Of a DNA stretch of 19,336 nucleotides, positions 1 to 11,000 are shown one piece after another. Each line of letters starts with the position of its first letter. Within the stretch, counting starts at the first letter, position 1. The notes beneath the pieces are model-generated. The model ran no database searches. It saw nothing but the letters and a program-made list of their open reading frames with translations, and was not told the DNA's origin. Location of the stretch: positions 1-19,336 of the forward strand of contig NIVC01005235.1 in assembly GCA_002269645.1 (NCBI GenBank). Direction: 5' to 3'. Both the position numbers and the translations under genes were made by a program. The stretch comes from Macrostomum lignano. Taxonomy: Eukaryota.

Positions 1-200
1 AGGGATGCTTGCTATCTGAGGGATGCTTGCTATTTGGGGTAATGCTTGCTATCTGAGGGATGCTTGCTATCTTGGGGATGCTTGCTATGCTGGGGATGGC
101 TTGCTATCTGGGGAATGCTTGCTATCTGGGATACTGCTTGCTATCTGGGGAATGCTTGCTATCTGGAGGATGCTTGCTTTCTGGGGGATGCTTGTGGTCT
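1..200 (+). repeat. 18-bp minisatellite (GGGGGATGCTTGCTATCT)n, partial array
   Basis: Direct reading; it translates as DACYLG/GCLLSG/MLAIWG repeats in three frames. Confidence 0.95.
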
Positions 201-343
201 TGGAAGATTTCTTTCTTATTGCAATTCACTTCATTTGAGGCAGTTTGTCTGTTGTCTTTGTGAAGGATTTTTTGGCTGTCTTTTTGTTAATTGTAGAGAA
301 CAGAGATTCTATCCAGATGTCCCCCATCGGGGGCGAAGTATTG
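1..343 (+). mobile_element. Helitron-like non-autonomous element, family A copy 1 (5' part outside window): 18-bp array plus ~135-bp tail ending in a CCCCC-ATC-GGGGG hairpin
   Basis: Tail 206-343 is a near-identical copy of 3648-3777, and both follow the same 18-bp array. Hairpin at 321-333. The terminal CTAG is absent here because the sequence runs directly into CTATATACT at 345. Confidence 0.55.
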
Positions 344-3184
344 CCTATATACTAAAAATGAAATGTCTGTAACTAACTAGCTATGCGATAGATTTCAGAA
401 AAAATGGCTCAACCGATTTTCTTCAAACTTGCACCATTCGATCAGAAATGTTCCTGGGACGGTACATGTATCTTGGCTAAGAAATTGCTCAATGTTAAAG
501 GGATTAAATATTCGAAAAACATGCTTTTTTGCAAAGGTCAAGCCAAATTTTTGACTTGAAATGCATTGTAAGAATGCTAGAGAAAAAACTGACTGGCTGA
601 ATTACGATTGTGATAAAGATTGCATCACAACAAGGTGAAAACAGTGCCACAGAAACGCACACAAGACTTCATTGAAATTGCGTAACCATATTGCTAACTT
701 GAATTGAGACTGATACTGGCTGACTGAGAAATTGATTATGTCATAACTTTTTACTCTTACCGACTTGCTATAAGTATTGAATTATAGGGGCCACAAGTCA
801 TGTTCTCCAATTGAAAAGAGATAGCCGGATGCAAACAGACTGGAATGCTAATGTAGCGACCTTGGTTCGAATCTTAGTGGTGAAAAATGTTTTTTTTATT
901 AAAACACGTTAAAAAACACAAAATTCTCAACATTAAAGAGCCACCATGTCGAAACATTAAAGAGCCACCATTTCAAACATTAAAGAGCCACAATGTCAAA
1001 CATTAAAGAGCCACCATGTCGAACATAAAAGAGCCACCATATCAAACATACAAGAGTTACCATTTCAAACCTAAAAGAGCCACCATGTCGAACATTAAAA
1101 AGCCACCATGTCAAACATTAAAGAGCCGCCAGGTCAAACATAAAACAGACACCATTAAGAACATTAAAGAGCCACCATGTCGAACATTAAAGAGCCACCA
1201 TGTCAAACATAAAACAGCCACCATTTCGAAAATTAAAGAGCCACCATTTTAAACATTAAAGAGCCACCTTGTCAAATATTAAAGAGCCACAATGTCAAAC
1301 ATTAAAGAGCCACCTTATCAAACATTAAAGAGCCACCATGTCAAACATTAAAGAGCCACCATGTAAAACATTAAAGAGCCACCATGTCGAACATAAAAGA
1401 GGTACCATGTCAAACATTAAAGACCCACCAGGTCAAACATGAAAGTGCCACCATGTCAAATATTAAAAAGCCACCATGTCAAACATTAAAGAGCCACCAG
1501 GTCAAACATGAAAGTGCCACCAGGTCAAACATATACATGACTCCATGTCAAACATTAAAGAGCCACCATGTCGAACATAAAAGGGCCACCATGTCAAATA
1601 TTAAAGAGCCACCATGTCAAACATTAAAGAGCCACCAGGTCAAACATGAAAGTGCCACCATGTAAAACATTAAAGAGCCACCATGTCAAACATTAAAGAG
1701 CCACCAGGTCAAACATATACATGACTCCATGTCAAACATTAAAGAGCCACCATGTCGAACATAAAAGGGCCACCATGTCAAATATTAAAGAGCCACCATG
1801 TCAAACATTAAAGAGCCACCAGGTCAAACATGAAAGTGCCACCATGTAAAACATTAAAGAGCCACCATGTCGAACATTTAAGAAGCACCATGTCAAACAT
1901 AAAATAGCCACCATGTGAAACATATAGGTGACTCCATGTAAAACATTAAAGAGCTACCATACCAGACATATACATGACTCCATGTCAAACATATACGTGA
2001 CTCCATGTTAGACATTTAAGAGCCACCATGTCGAACATTAAAGAGCCAACGTGTTAAAAATACAAGAGCCACCAGGTCAAACATATATATGACTCCATGT
2101 CAAACATTAAAGAGCCACCATGTCGAACATAAAAGGGCCACCATGTCAAATATTAAAGAGCCACCATGTCAAACATTTAAGAGCCACCATGTCAAACATA
2201 TACATGACTCTATGTCAAACGTTAAAGAGACACCATGTCAAACATTACAGAGCCACCATGTCAAACATTTAAGAGCCACCAGGTCAAACATGAAAGTGCC
2301 ACCATGTAAAACATTAAAGAGCCACCATGTCAAACATATACGTAACTCCATGTCAAACATTGAAGAGACCCCATGTCAAACATTAAAGAGCCACCACGTC
2401 GAACATAAAAGAGCCACCATGTAAAACATATACGTAACTCCATGTCAAACATTGAAGCGACACCATGTCGAGCATAAAAGAGCCACCATGTCGAACATTA
2501 AAGAGCCACCATGTCGAACATAAAAGAGCTACCATGTCAAACATTAAAGAGCCACCATGTTAAACATAAAAGAGCCATCATGTCAAACATATAAGTGACT
2601 TTATGTCGAACATTAAAGAGCCACCATGTCTAACATTAAAGAGCCACCATGTCCAACATTAAAGAGCCACCATGTCAAAAATTAAAGAGCCACCATGTCT
2701 ATCATTAAAGAGCCATCATGTCAAACATTAAAGAGCTACTTTGTCTAACATTAAAGAGCCACCATGTCAAACATTAAAGAGCTACTTTGTCTAACATTAA
2801 AGAGCCACCATGTCAAACATTAAAGAGCCATCATGCCAAACATTAAAGAGCCACCATGTCAAACATAAAAGAGCCACCTTTTTGAACATTAAAAAGCCAC
2901 TTTGTAAAACATAGAAGAGCCCCCATGTCAAACATAGAAGAGCCCCCATGTCAAACATAGAAGAGCCCCCATGTCAAACATAGAAGAGCCCCCAAGTCAA
3001 ACATAGAAGAGCCACTATGTCAGACATTGAAAAGCCACCGTATCAAACATAAAAGAGTTACCATGTACGAGCGTAGAACATAAAAGAGCCACCCTGTTAA
3101 ACATAAAAAGATACACAATTTCAAACGTAAAAGTAAGCGAATTTTAAAGGAGCCGCTATAATGCTAAGGAAATTGTCGCACTAG
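344..3184 (+). mobile_element. Helitron-like element, family B, enclosing the 23-bp satellite
   Basis: The 5' sequence (C)CTATATACTAAAAATGAAATGTCTGT...AAATGGCTCAACCGATTTTCTTCAAACTTG resembles typical invertebrate Helitron 5' ends (TCTATA-start). The 3' CTAG at 3181-3184 is preceded by only an imperfect stem (GCGAATTT 3137-3144 / AAATTgtCGC 3170-3179). No Rep/helicase ORF. Confidence 0.4.
930..3130 (+). repeat. 23-bp satellite (AACATTAAAGAGCCACCATGTCA)n, ~95 copies, with a local 8-mer (184-bp) higher-order structure
   Basis: Period of 23 measured at 1321/1344. Variant monomers recur at 184- and 368-bp spacing (1531/1715/2083; 1581/1765/2133). Confidence 0.95.
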
Positions 3185-3781
3185 CTACTTATTGTCTGGT
3201 GGATGCTTGCTATTTGGGGATGCTATCTATCTTGGGGATGCTTGCTATCTGGGGGATGCTTGCTATCTGGGGGATGCTTGCTATCTGGGGGATGCTTGCT
3301 ATCTGGGGGATGCTTGCTATCTGGGGGATGCTTGCTATCTGGGGGATGCTTGCTATCTGGGGATGCTTGCTATCTGGGGGATGCTTGCTATCTGAGGGAT
3401 GCTTGCTTTCTGGGGATGCTTGCTATCTGGGGGATGCTTGCTATCTGGGGATGCTTGCTATCTGGGGGATGCTTGCTATCTGGGGGATGCTTGCTATCTG
3501 AGGGATGCTTGCTATCTTGGGGATGCTTGCTATCTGGGGATGCTTGCAATCTGGGGGATGCTTGCTATCTGGGGGATGCTTGCCATCTTGGGGATGCTTG
3601 CTATCTAGGGGATGCTTGCTATCTGGGGGATGCTTGCAGTCTGGGATGATTTCTTTTTGCAATGCACTTCATTTGAGCAGTTTGTCTGTTGTCTTTTTGA
3701 AGGATTTTTGGCTGTCTTTTTGTTACTTTAGAAAACAGAGATTCTATCCAGATGTCCCCCATCGGGGGCGAAGATTGCTAG
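3185..3781 (+). mobile_element. Helitron-like non-autonomous element, family A copy 2 (apparently complete, ~600 bp)
   Basis: Canonical Helitron 3' end: GC-rich hairpin CCCCC-ATC-GGGGG at 3756-3768, 9-nt spacer, CTAG at 3778-3781, then T. No TSD or TIR seen. Second copy at 1-343. Confidence 0.6.
3195..3647 (+). repeat. 18-bp minisatellite (GGGGGATGCTTGCTATCT)n, ~25 copies
   Basis: Direct reading; same unit as 1-200. Confidence 0.95.
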
Positions 3782-5146
3782 TAGCTAACTATAGGTGCAT
3801 TCTTTAAATATCTTTTTCACTAATATCTTTTTCAGCTTAAATGGTAAATGATATGCGGACAGTTTAGGCAGCAGGAAGAGTTTTTCATTTTCCTTTATGT
3901 TTTTCAATTTTTTATTATCTCTTTATTCAACCCTTAGGAGGTGAAGGAATAAAATTTATTCAAGCAAGCCATTATGAAAGAAAAAGACTAGTAGGCCACT
4001 ATCAATATTAGCTTGTTCTTTTGGTTTGGCCAGACTGAAAATATACAAGGTATTGTGTCTTATATTCGGTTTTAATTATTTTTGTTTTGTTCTTTATTTT
4101 TGCAAATACTCTGGCAGATACTATATTATTTGGTAGATAATGAAAAGCAATATAGGTAATGGCTAATGTTTACTTTTCCTAAATATCTAGTGTTAGAGGA
4201 GGCCTATATTTTGATATTTTGATGACCCCACTTTTCTGCTATATACTATAGTTATCAAACTTAATTTACTAAATAGTCCACTAGAATTATTCAGTTGGCT
4301 TAATAGCAACAACAATTCTTTAAACTAAAAAGCAATGTTTTTAATTTTTTGTTTAGTTTAAGAAATGCTTAGCGTCAAGGAAAAATGTATATATAGTTAA
4401 ATAACGTAATAGTGGTAGTAGTAAAGCAGAGCAATAGTAGTAAGAGCCTTAGTTATGCTATTATGGGATATATGCATTTATTTACAAACTTGATACAGTA
4501 TATATTAAAATTTTTTTTAAAATTGCCATATCTGACATTTAATAAGAGTATAGAAGTTTCTAGAATGCTTGTCTATATAATTGCATATATAGGTATACAT
4601 TAATTTCTTATGTTCATAGTTAGAAATCAATATTTCCGTATTTTTTAATGAAAACATAAAAAAGATTTTTTTATTTTAGCTTTTAAAACTTTTTTTGTAT
4701 ATTAATAATTTCATCTTTAAAATTGTTCTAGCTTTTCCATTATAATTTAAATTTAAATTTCTTTTTTTATCTTAAGAAATAACTAAACTTGAGTTTAGTT
4801 ATAGGATATATTTTGAAGCAAAATATGATTTAGGTATAATTTTATCCCTAGCATACTTTTTTGCCTATCCATAAACCATTTAATTGACATCAGATTATTC
4901 AGAATATATGATTTTTTATTATTGTCTTTAATTTCCTAGAAATAATTTTAGTGAATAGATATATAATAATAACATTCATTCAAATCAACAAATCAACAAA
5001 TCATTCAACATTTAAAAGCAAACAGCATTTGCTAATTGCTAAAGCTACATAAGTTTTGTTTATTAGAGTGTTTTTTTGAATCAAATTGGTTGTTAAGTGC
5101 AAGTGAGTAAAAACCACAAACCAAAGGTTAATTGTCCATTGATTGT

Positions 5147-5152
5147 TTTATT
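5147..5152 (-). terminator. Putative polyadenylation signal AATAAA of CAP gene A
   Basis: AATAAA on the minus strand ~30 nt downstream of the TAA stop (5182-5184). Confidence 0.5.
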
Positions 5153-5181
5153 TAAATGTAAGTTTTTACTTTCCATTAGGC

Positions 5182-7328
5182 TTAGTCAGCTTTGATTGCC
5201 TTCAATCCAATAGCAGAAATGGCTGCATTGATATTTTTCATTGCTGTAGTCCAGGCTGACTTAATTATGGCCTTGCTGACGTAGCTGTTGGTTTTACCTG
5301 CAATTGGAAAGGTTAAAGATAATCGTTTTTAGTAATAGATTTTTATTGATCCCTTTATATCATCTAGCTCGTAGAATAGTGAGAAAGTAGAGCATTGTAT
5401 GGAGCATTTGGAGAGCTATTTCTCAAAGGGAACTACTTGTAAAATTTGTTCTAGGGTTGCTTCTTCGAAAGACAATTATATAAATGGAAGGAAGAATTTA
5501 TTTCAAGAAACGTCTTACCATTGCATACATTGTCCATACTTGGCTGCATAGTATAGTAAACGTCAACCCTCATTGATCCATCAATGGCCTGAATCGGATA
5601 GGAATCAGCAACGTGGAAGTCCTCGCAAGTGGCAAAATGTTGAATTGTTGCTGGCAACGAGCTGGCTGTTGAGCTGGGACAGCAAGTGGAAAAGTTGGCA
5701 TTGCAGTAGCTATTTATTGCATCTGTCAGGTGAGTTCTGGTTGACTCCTTTAGCAATGTGTCATTCCACTGAAAGACAAAAAATTGTCAGCTGATTTCCT
5801 GGCTTGTTATATCGAAAAAAGCTGTGTTTTTGCACTTACGATTGACATTTTAATCGGGTAATAGCTTGAGTATCGCATTTCGCCGCCAAAGTAAATGGCC
5901 AAACTGTTGCTTTCCTGTACCTTGTTAACTGCAGATTGGAGTTGAAAAGGTTTAAGATGCGTTCACTTTCTGGAAGGCTTGGTGCTTTTAGAATAGAGAA
6001 GACTGCATGCTACTTACTCTGACAACTTTCTCCCTCGAAATTTGCTGGGCAGACGCACTTGCAGGTTGTGCCAGTCATGGTTGGTGAGCCACCATTCTTG
6101 CAGGTCACCGCCTGTGCCTTGCAGTCATTCGGAATGGTGCTTGCGAAGTAGATGTTCTTTGCTGAAAGTAGATTAGCTACTTAGTTACTCAGCTTTTAAT
6201 AGTGCTTTAAGCATCCATTCTCATGACTGGTCTACTTTTCCTTTCGCACTCACTTTCGCATCTGACTCCGTAGTAACCAGCTGGGCATGAACACGAGCAA
6301 AATGGCGAAGTCATCAGCGTGCCATAGTTTAGACAGCTCAGCTTGCACTCTGGAATTTAATCAGTTCGTTTGGATGGGGTTTGTTTGATAAGTTTACTTG
6401 GATATAAAACAAACATGTTTTAAGCACTGTCTCTCACCGAATGGCCCTGGTATAGGTGGCGTTTCGCCTACTAGAATGGAATAGCAGAGCCCGTCCTTGA
6501 AGTAGGTCGCATAGCCATTGCCACACTTTGTTCCAGCTTCTCCGGTTTGATAAGGAGGCACGTACCACTCCCTGGTTGGTTTGGGAGAAGAATAAACCAT
6601 CGGGATCATGCTTTGCAATCACCTGGCCATTTCTACTGGTAGCATGCTTGACTGCTTGACTAACACATGCACGAGTAGAAACGGCTCGGTGATTGTATGG
6701 AATCGCTCATCAGTGCACTTCGGCAAAGTAAACGCACCTGTCAAACTCGCAGACGCCCAGGTAGTTCCCGCTGCAGTATTGTATGCCGCAGCCGACCTTA
6801 TTAACACCGGCAGTTACAATTTGCAGATAGTGACCGCAGGTAGAAAAGAACGGATACTTGCCCGAGCCCGTGACGCAGGCGCCATTAGTGTAGTTATACT
6901 GCTCTCGCTCCAGAAACATAAAGACAAGAATCTCGCTGAAGTTCTGCCTGGAGCCTAGGTACAGGATTTCGCCAAGGGAGGAATAATCGCCACCGTAGTT
7001 GTGCTCGAATACGCAACTGTTGGCCGCCCTCTGAGCCAAGTTTTCCAGCCTGGTGTCCCAAATCTAGTGATAATGTTAAAAATCAGCAGCTTCTTATGAG
7101 TTTCATATAAATCCTACGCCAATGTAGCTACTGTTGAGTAAAATAAGTGGTTTTTTCACTCACTAGTCCATTCATGTCGGCGGCCGGTGGCACAGCATTT
7201 CGTCTTAAATGGTTGATAAAATTGAGCGTATCGTTTCTCTCCTGCTCGGTCAGTTTGCACCTGCCAATTTGGATAGCCAATGCAAAGGCCAGAAATGCGC
7301 ACAGACAGAGCGATTTCGTGGTGTCCAT
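5182..7328 (-). CDS. Secreted CAP/SCP (venom allergen-like/CRISP family) protein with two EGF-like modules and an unassigned C-terminal domain, paralog A; 8 exons, 439 aa
   Basis: Exons (minus): 7328-7164, 7063-6738, 6571-6438, 6349-6254, 6161-6018, 5928-5840, 5768-5519, 5297-5182. All introns are GT-AG (phases 0,2,1,1,1,0,1) and the exons total 1320 nt in one open frame. Signal peptide MDTTKSLCLCAFLAFALAIQIGRC. CAP motifs LRRNAVPPAADMNGL/IWD, CVFEH, LGEILY, CGHYLQIV, VGCG. EGF-like CKLSCLNYG..CSCSCPAGYYGVRCE and CKNGG..CKCVCPANFEGESC. The paralog shows the same structure. Confidence 0.92.
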
Positions 7329-7404
7329 GTTGTACCTGGGAAGTTGCTTGCTTGAGCCAGTTGGTCTGTGTGAGTTGGTTTTCGGTGTGCGATTTTCTGC
7401 GTTA

Positions 7405-7411
7405 TTATATA
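7405..7411 (-). promoter_or_regulatory. Possible TATA box (TATATAA) of CAP gene A
   Basis: Lies ~77 nt upstream of the ATG at 7328; motif match only. Confidence 0.3.
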
Positions 7412-8013
7412 GACTTGTAAGGTGATGCAAACTGTTTTCCAGAGTGTCGTCCGTAATCAGGAAGCACCTGTTAATAAATGTAATCACGCAAATCGCCAGG
7501 AATAAAGGGGACCGCAACTGTGTGTATCCGGCTCGATTCATGCCAAATAGTTCTGTTTTCGGCGCTTATTGACTTTACACATGTAGTCATTTGTGTATGT
7601 ACTCTCTTGACTCTGTCGGCTTCTCGAAAATTCAAAAAACTACAAAAAGCTGTTCATTGTACTAAGAGTAGTGTCGAAGTCTAGTAAACATGGGCGGAAA
7701 TTTGATACAATTCTGAGCTGTATTTTTATTAACTTTTGACTCACTGTATTTTTCTCCATTGACCTTATTTGCACATCGTAACGGGATAAACAGAAAATAG
7801 TAGTCATTCACCGTGAAATAAGCTATAGTATACATATTTGGTAATAACAAGCCCCTACAAGACCTTTGATAATTATGCGTGAAGTTTTAGCATGCCAGGT
7901 ACTCGTATAATTAACATATCAACCATCGCCCAATTACGAGTAAATAGTTAATTGATCTAAGACAAAAGAATCGTTAGTCTGGACAATCTGTATGCAGTTT
8001 GAATACATGCTGC

Positions 8014-11000
8014 TTAACCAATGCGAACCACATTGAGTCCGGACTCCTGCAGCACTGCCTGTTTCAATTCAGTTTCGATTGTCTTCCACGCTTCCAACAA
8101 GATGCTTTTGTTCAGTAATGGCAGTCCACTATCTGGAAGAGTAGAGTATTAATAATGTACAGTTTTGTCAACCTGCGACTAGAAAACTTACTATTCACTT
8201 GACTCGGGCTTTGGCGTTTGCAGCACGGAAAATGGCGAATGAATTAAATAATGTAGTACGTAATAGCCTTTACGATCTATTGCTAGCAATGTTTTAAGAT
8301 TAAACCTAAGGTTAAAAAAGTCATTACACAAAATCTGTTGCCGCTTCCTGTAGCATGACTAAGTGCACAGTATGCTCGTACAACACAGTGCAGTCCTTTC
8401 ACTCTTCTCTGGTTGACTGAAACGAACTTGTCGTAAAAGTGAGCGAAATTTGTTGGTCAGTTTGTGCAAATGTGCATCTCGATGCGTACTGTAGAGCATG
8501 GATGTGCCACTTCAACGGGGGTTCAATGTAATGACTGGGCAGCGATGATTTAATCGCCCTCTGTAGGCCGCTCCCGGAGTTTTTTCTGTTACAGCAGGTT
8601 CTGTTAGCCTTCGCTTGAGAGCTGTCTTGACAGCAGATATTGCCATCTCTGTGCGTTCTCGTCGCAAAGCGTCGTCTGCCTTGTATATGGTTCTTGAAGT
8701 GAGGCATTTTTAGCAAGCATTTGTGTCAGATATTGTGTCGCTAGTTACCATATATGTCGCTTTACCACTTTTGGTTTCGATATAGTAAAGCTAGGGCCGT
8801 GTATTGCTATAGACACGGCCTATCAATACAATATTATAAGCGGATGCTCCATTGCTATCAATGATTTAAGCGGCAGCTAGAATGCATGATCCGTTATTGA
8901 TTTTGGCTTTAGATCAGGCTTTGACGGTCTTCTGTTGGAATCGGTGGAGCCATAAAAGTGTACAATTTAAGTTCAGATGCGCCAGATTGAAACAGAGAAA
9001 CGGCCTGAAGGGTTCCGCATTCTCGTATTGATAAGCTGCGTCTCATTTAACTCGACTTACTGCACTGCATTGCCACAGTAGTACTCAGAGTGTAGTGCAC
9101 CGCAGCCACCATTGTTCCGTCAATCTCTTGGCTAGGATAGTTGTCAGTGTCGTGAAAATTCTCCGCCTGAACAAATGCACCACCGACAGGTTGGCTGGCG
9201 TTCGAACAGCACAGCGGTGAATTGCTTAGGCAGTAGTTGTTGATCCCCGAGGTTAGGGCCTGCTTAAAGCTGCCTCGCATTCCGGTTGCATTCCACTGAA
9301 AGGGGAAGCATCTTTTGTTAACCCGGAGCTCATGTCCTTGTGCATCTTAATAAAAGACAAGATTATCAACTCACAAGTGTCAAATTTACTGGATGGTAGC
9401 TCTGGTAAATTGTTTTACCTCCCAAGTAGACGAATAGGCTGCTTTTCATCTGTTGGAGGTTTACTGCAAAGGAGCGAATTCGGTGGGTTTCAGCCATTCT
9501 ATTGTGCATTCCACAGAAACAAAGGGATGTCACATGATCAGCTCTGAGCTTTTTCAGGTTACCAGAATGGACTCTGATAGATTTGTCAGTGTCATCTGAT
9601 AGACCTAGGCGTAGTCAAGACATAGGCGTATAAGGAACAGAGAGAGGCAAATGGGGCAATGGCTCCACCAGTTTTTTGTTATGAAACCACTTTAATTTTT
9701 GTTTAGACTTATTCTGCCAAGCCTGCTAGCCCCGTTCCTATGCTCATGCTGCAAAATGTTTAGCGCGAAAAAATACGCTCGTACTGTGATATATCGGTTG
9801 CCGATTTGCTGAAGTTAAGTCGTTGTTAAATGTTATGTGCCTGGGTAATGCCAAAATCCTTATCAGGAATTCTTCCATTGACGCCAGGTAGTTCTTATAT
9901 CAAAAACAATTTGACCTTGAAAGATCGTTGTTTTACATCGGTGCAAGTTTCGCTAATGGTTTGATAGAACTCAGTGATTCAGCAATATGCATCATCAATC
10001 GGTCTACTTTGGATAGCCACTTAAAACAGCTTCCATGGCATTCAAATTTTCAATTGTAATTAGCAGGTAGCATAGAACAAACCTTCACAACTCTCGCCGC
10101 CAAAGTTGGTAGGGCAGACGCATTTGCAAGCGCTGCCAAGCATAGTTGGACTGCCACCATTCTTGCAGCTCACCGCCTGAGCAGTGCAGTCGTTGGGAAT
10201 TGAACTCGCGTAGTAGATATTCTTTTCTAAAACATAGAGTCATAGAAAAATCATTTTTTGTAGGGATGGTTAATATTTCGGTGGATCCAAGTGAATACAT
10301 TTTTTTATTTTACTCGTACTTTCGCATCTAACACCATAGAAACCCGGTGGACAGGTGCAACTGCAGAACGGCATTGTTGTCAAGTTGCCATAGTTCATGC
10401 AGGTCAGCTTGCAATCTGAAATTAGTTATAAATTGCTCGGTTCGTCATAAGATAAGAAATGTACTTTTCTGCTGTCCAACATGGATCTGTCTACATTTAA
10501 TTACCGAACGGTCCCGGTATTGGCGCTGGCTCGCCGTACATGATGGCGTAGCAAAGGCCCTGTTGAGAGTAGGTGGCGTAACCGTTGCCGCACTTGGTGC
10601 CAGGCTCGCCGCTCAAATAGGGCGGACTGGCGTATTGCCTGCGGTTATTATGAATTCGGTAGGCTTGGTATTTGCATGACCTAATTGTTCCGCGGGAGTT
10701 GCTATCCTATAGAATATTCGGCTGTCTACAAGACCTCATAATGACCTCATGTTTTCTTGGGCATAGGTCACTTCAACCTTCGGTAGTCCACGACCTGGTG
10801 CATCTGCAGATTTTCCATGGATCGAGTCCATAGATCTTTGCTTGTCGACGACATGAACCTCAATTTTGTAGTAACACAAACCCTGTACCTACTTACACCC
10901 AAGGACTACTAAAGTAGAAGGTCGCAACACTCGAAATCTATGAAAATGTTTTGAAGGCCACTTTCCAAACAATGTCACTTGAATGGATCTCGTGGAAATG

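Noticed and set aside
820-890. tRNA/SINE-like B box GGTTCGAATC at 864-873
   Set aside because: The A box is poor (TAGCCGGATGC) and I could not fold a cloverleaf. At most a decayed SINE head; tRNAscan-SE would settle it.
930-3130. Regular short repeats as a CRISPR array
   Set aside because: The repeats are directly tandem with no unique spacers, there are no cas genes, and the context is eukaryotic and intron-containing.
23-3807. Many ORFs of 63-148 aa (DACYLG, MLAIWG, MSNIKEPPCQTLKSHH repeats)
   Set aside because: They are translations of the 18-bp and 23-bp arrays, open in several frames, with no splice or codon evidence.
5451-5518. ORF-track ending of CAP gene A at the TAG at 5451
   Set aside because: A strong donor G|GTAAGA at 5518 and a downstream exon (5297-5182) homologous to paralog B exon 8 show this is intron read-through.
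7329-7541. Longer N-terminus of CAP gene A from the ATG at 7541
   Set aside because: The signal peptide begins at the ATG at 7328, matching paralog B length, and a TATA-like motif lies within the extension.
8399-8716. 105-aa minus ORF, and an alternative frame (MAISAVKTALKRRLTEP) faintly like Mutator/FLYWCH-adjacent sequence, in intron 7 of paralog B
   Set aside because: No diagnostic motif, short and stop-bounded; the resemblance is too weak without an HMM search.
9754-9770. AAAATGTTTAGCGCGAA similar to AAAATGTTTAGTGCGAA at about 18643-18659
   Set aside because: A 17-bp match with one mismatch and no extension on either side; insufficient to call a shared element.
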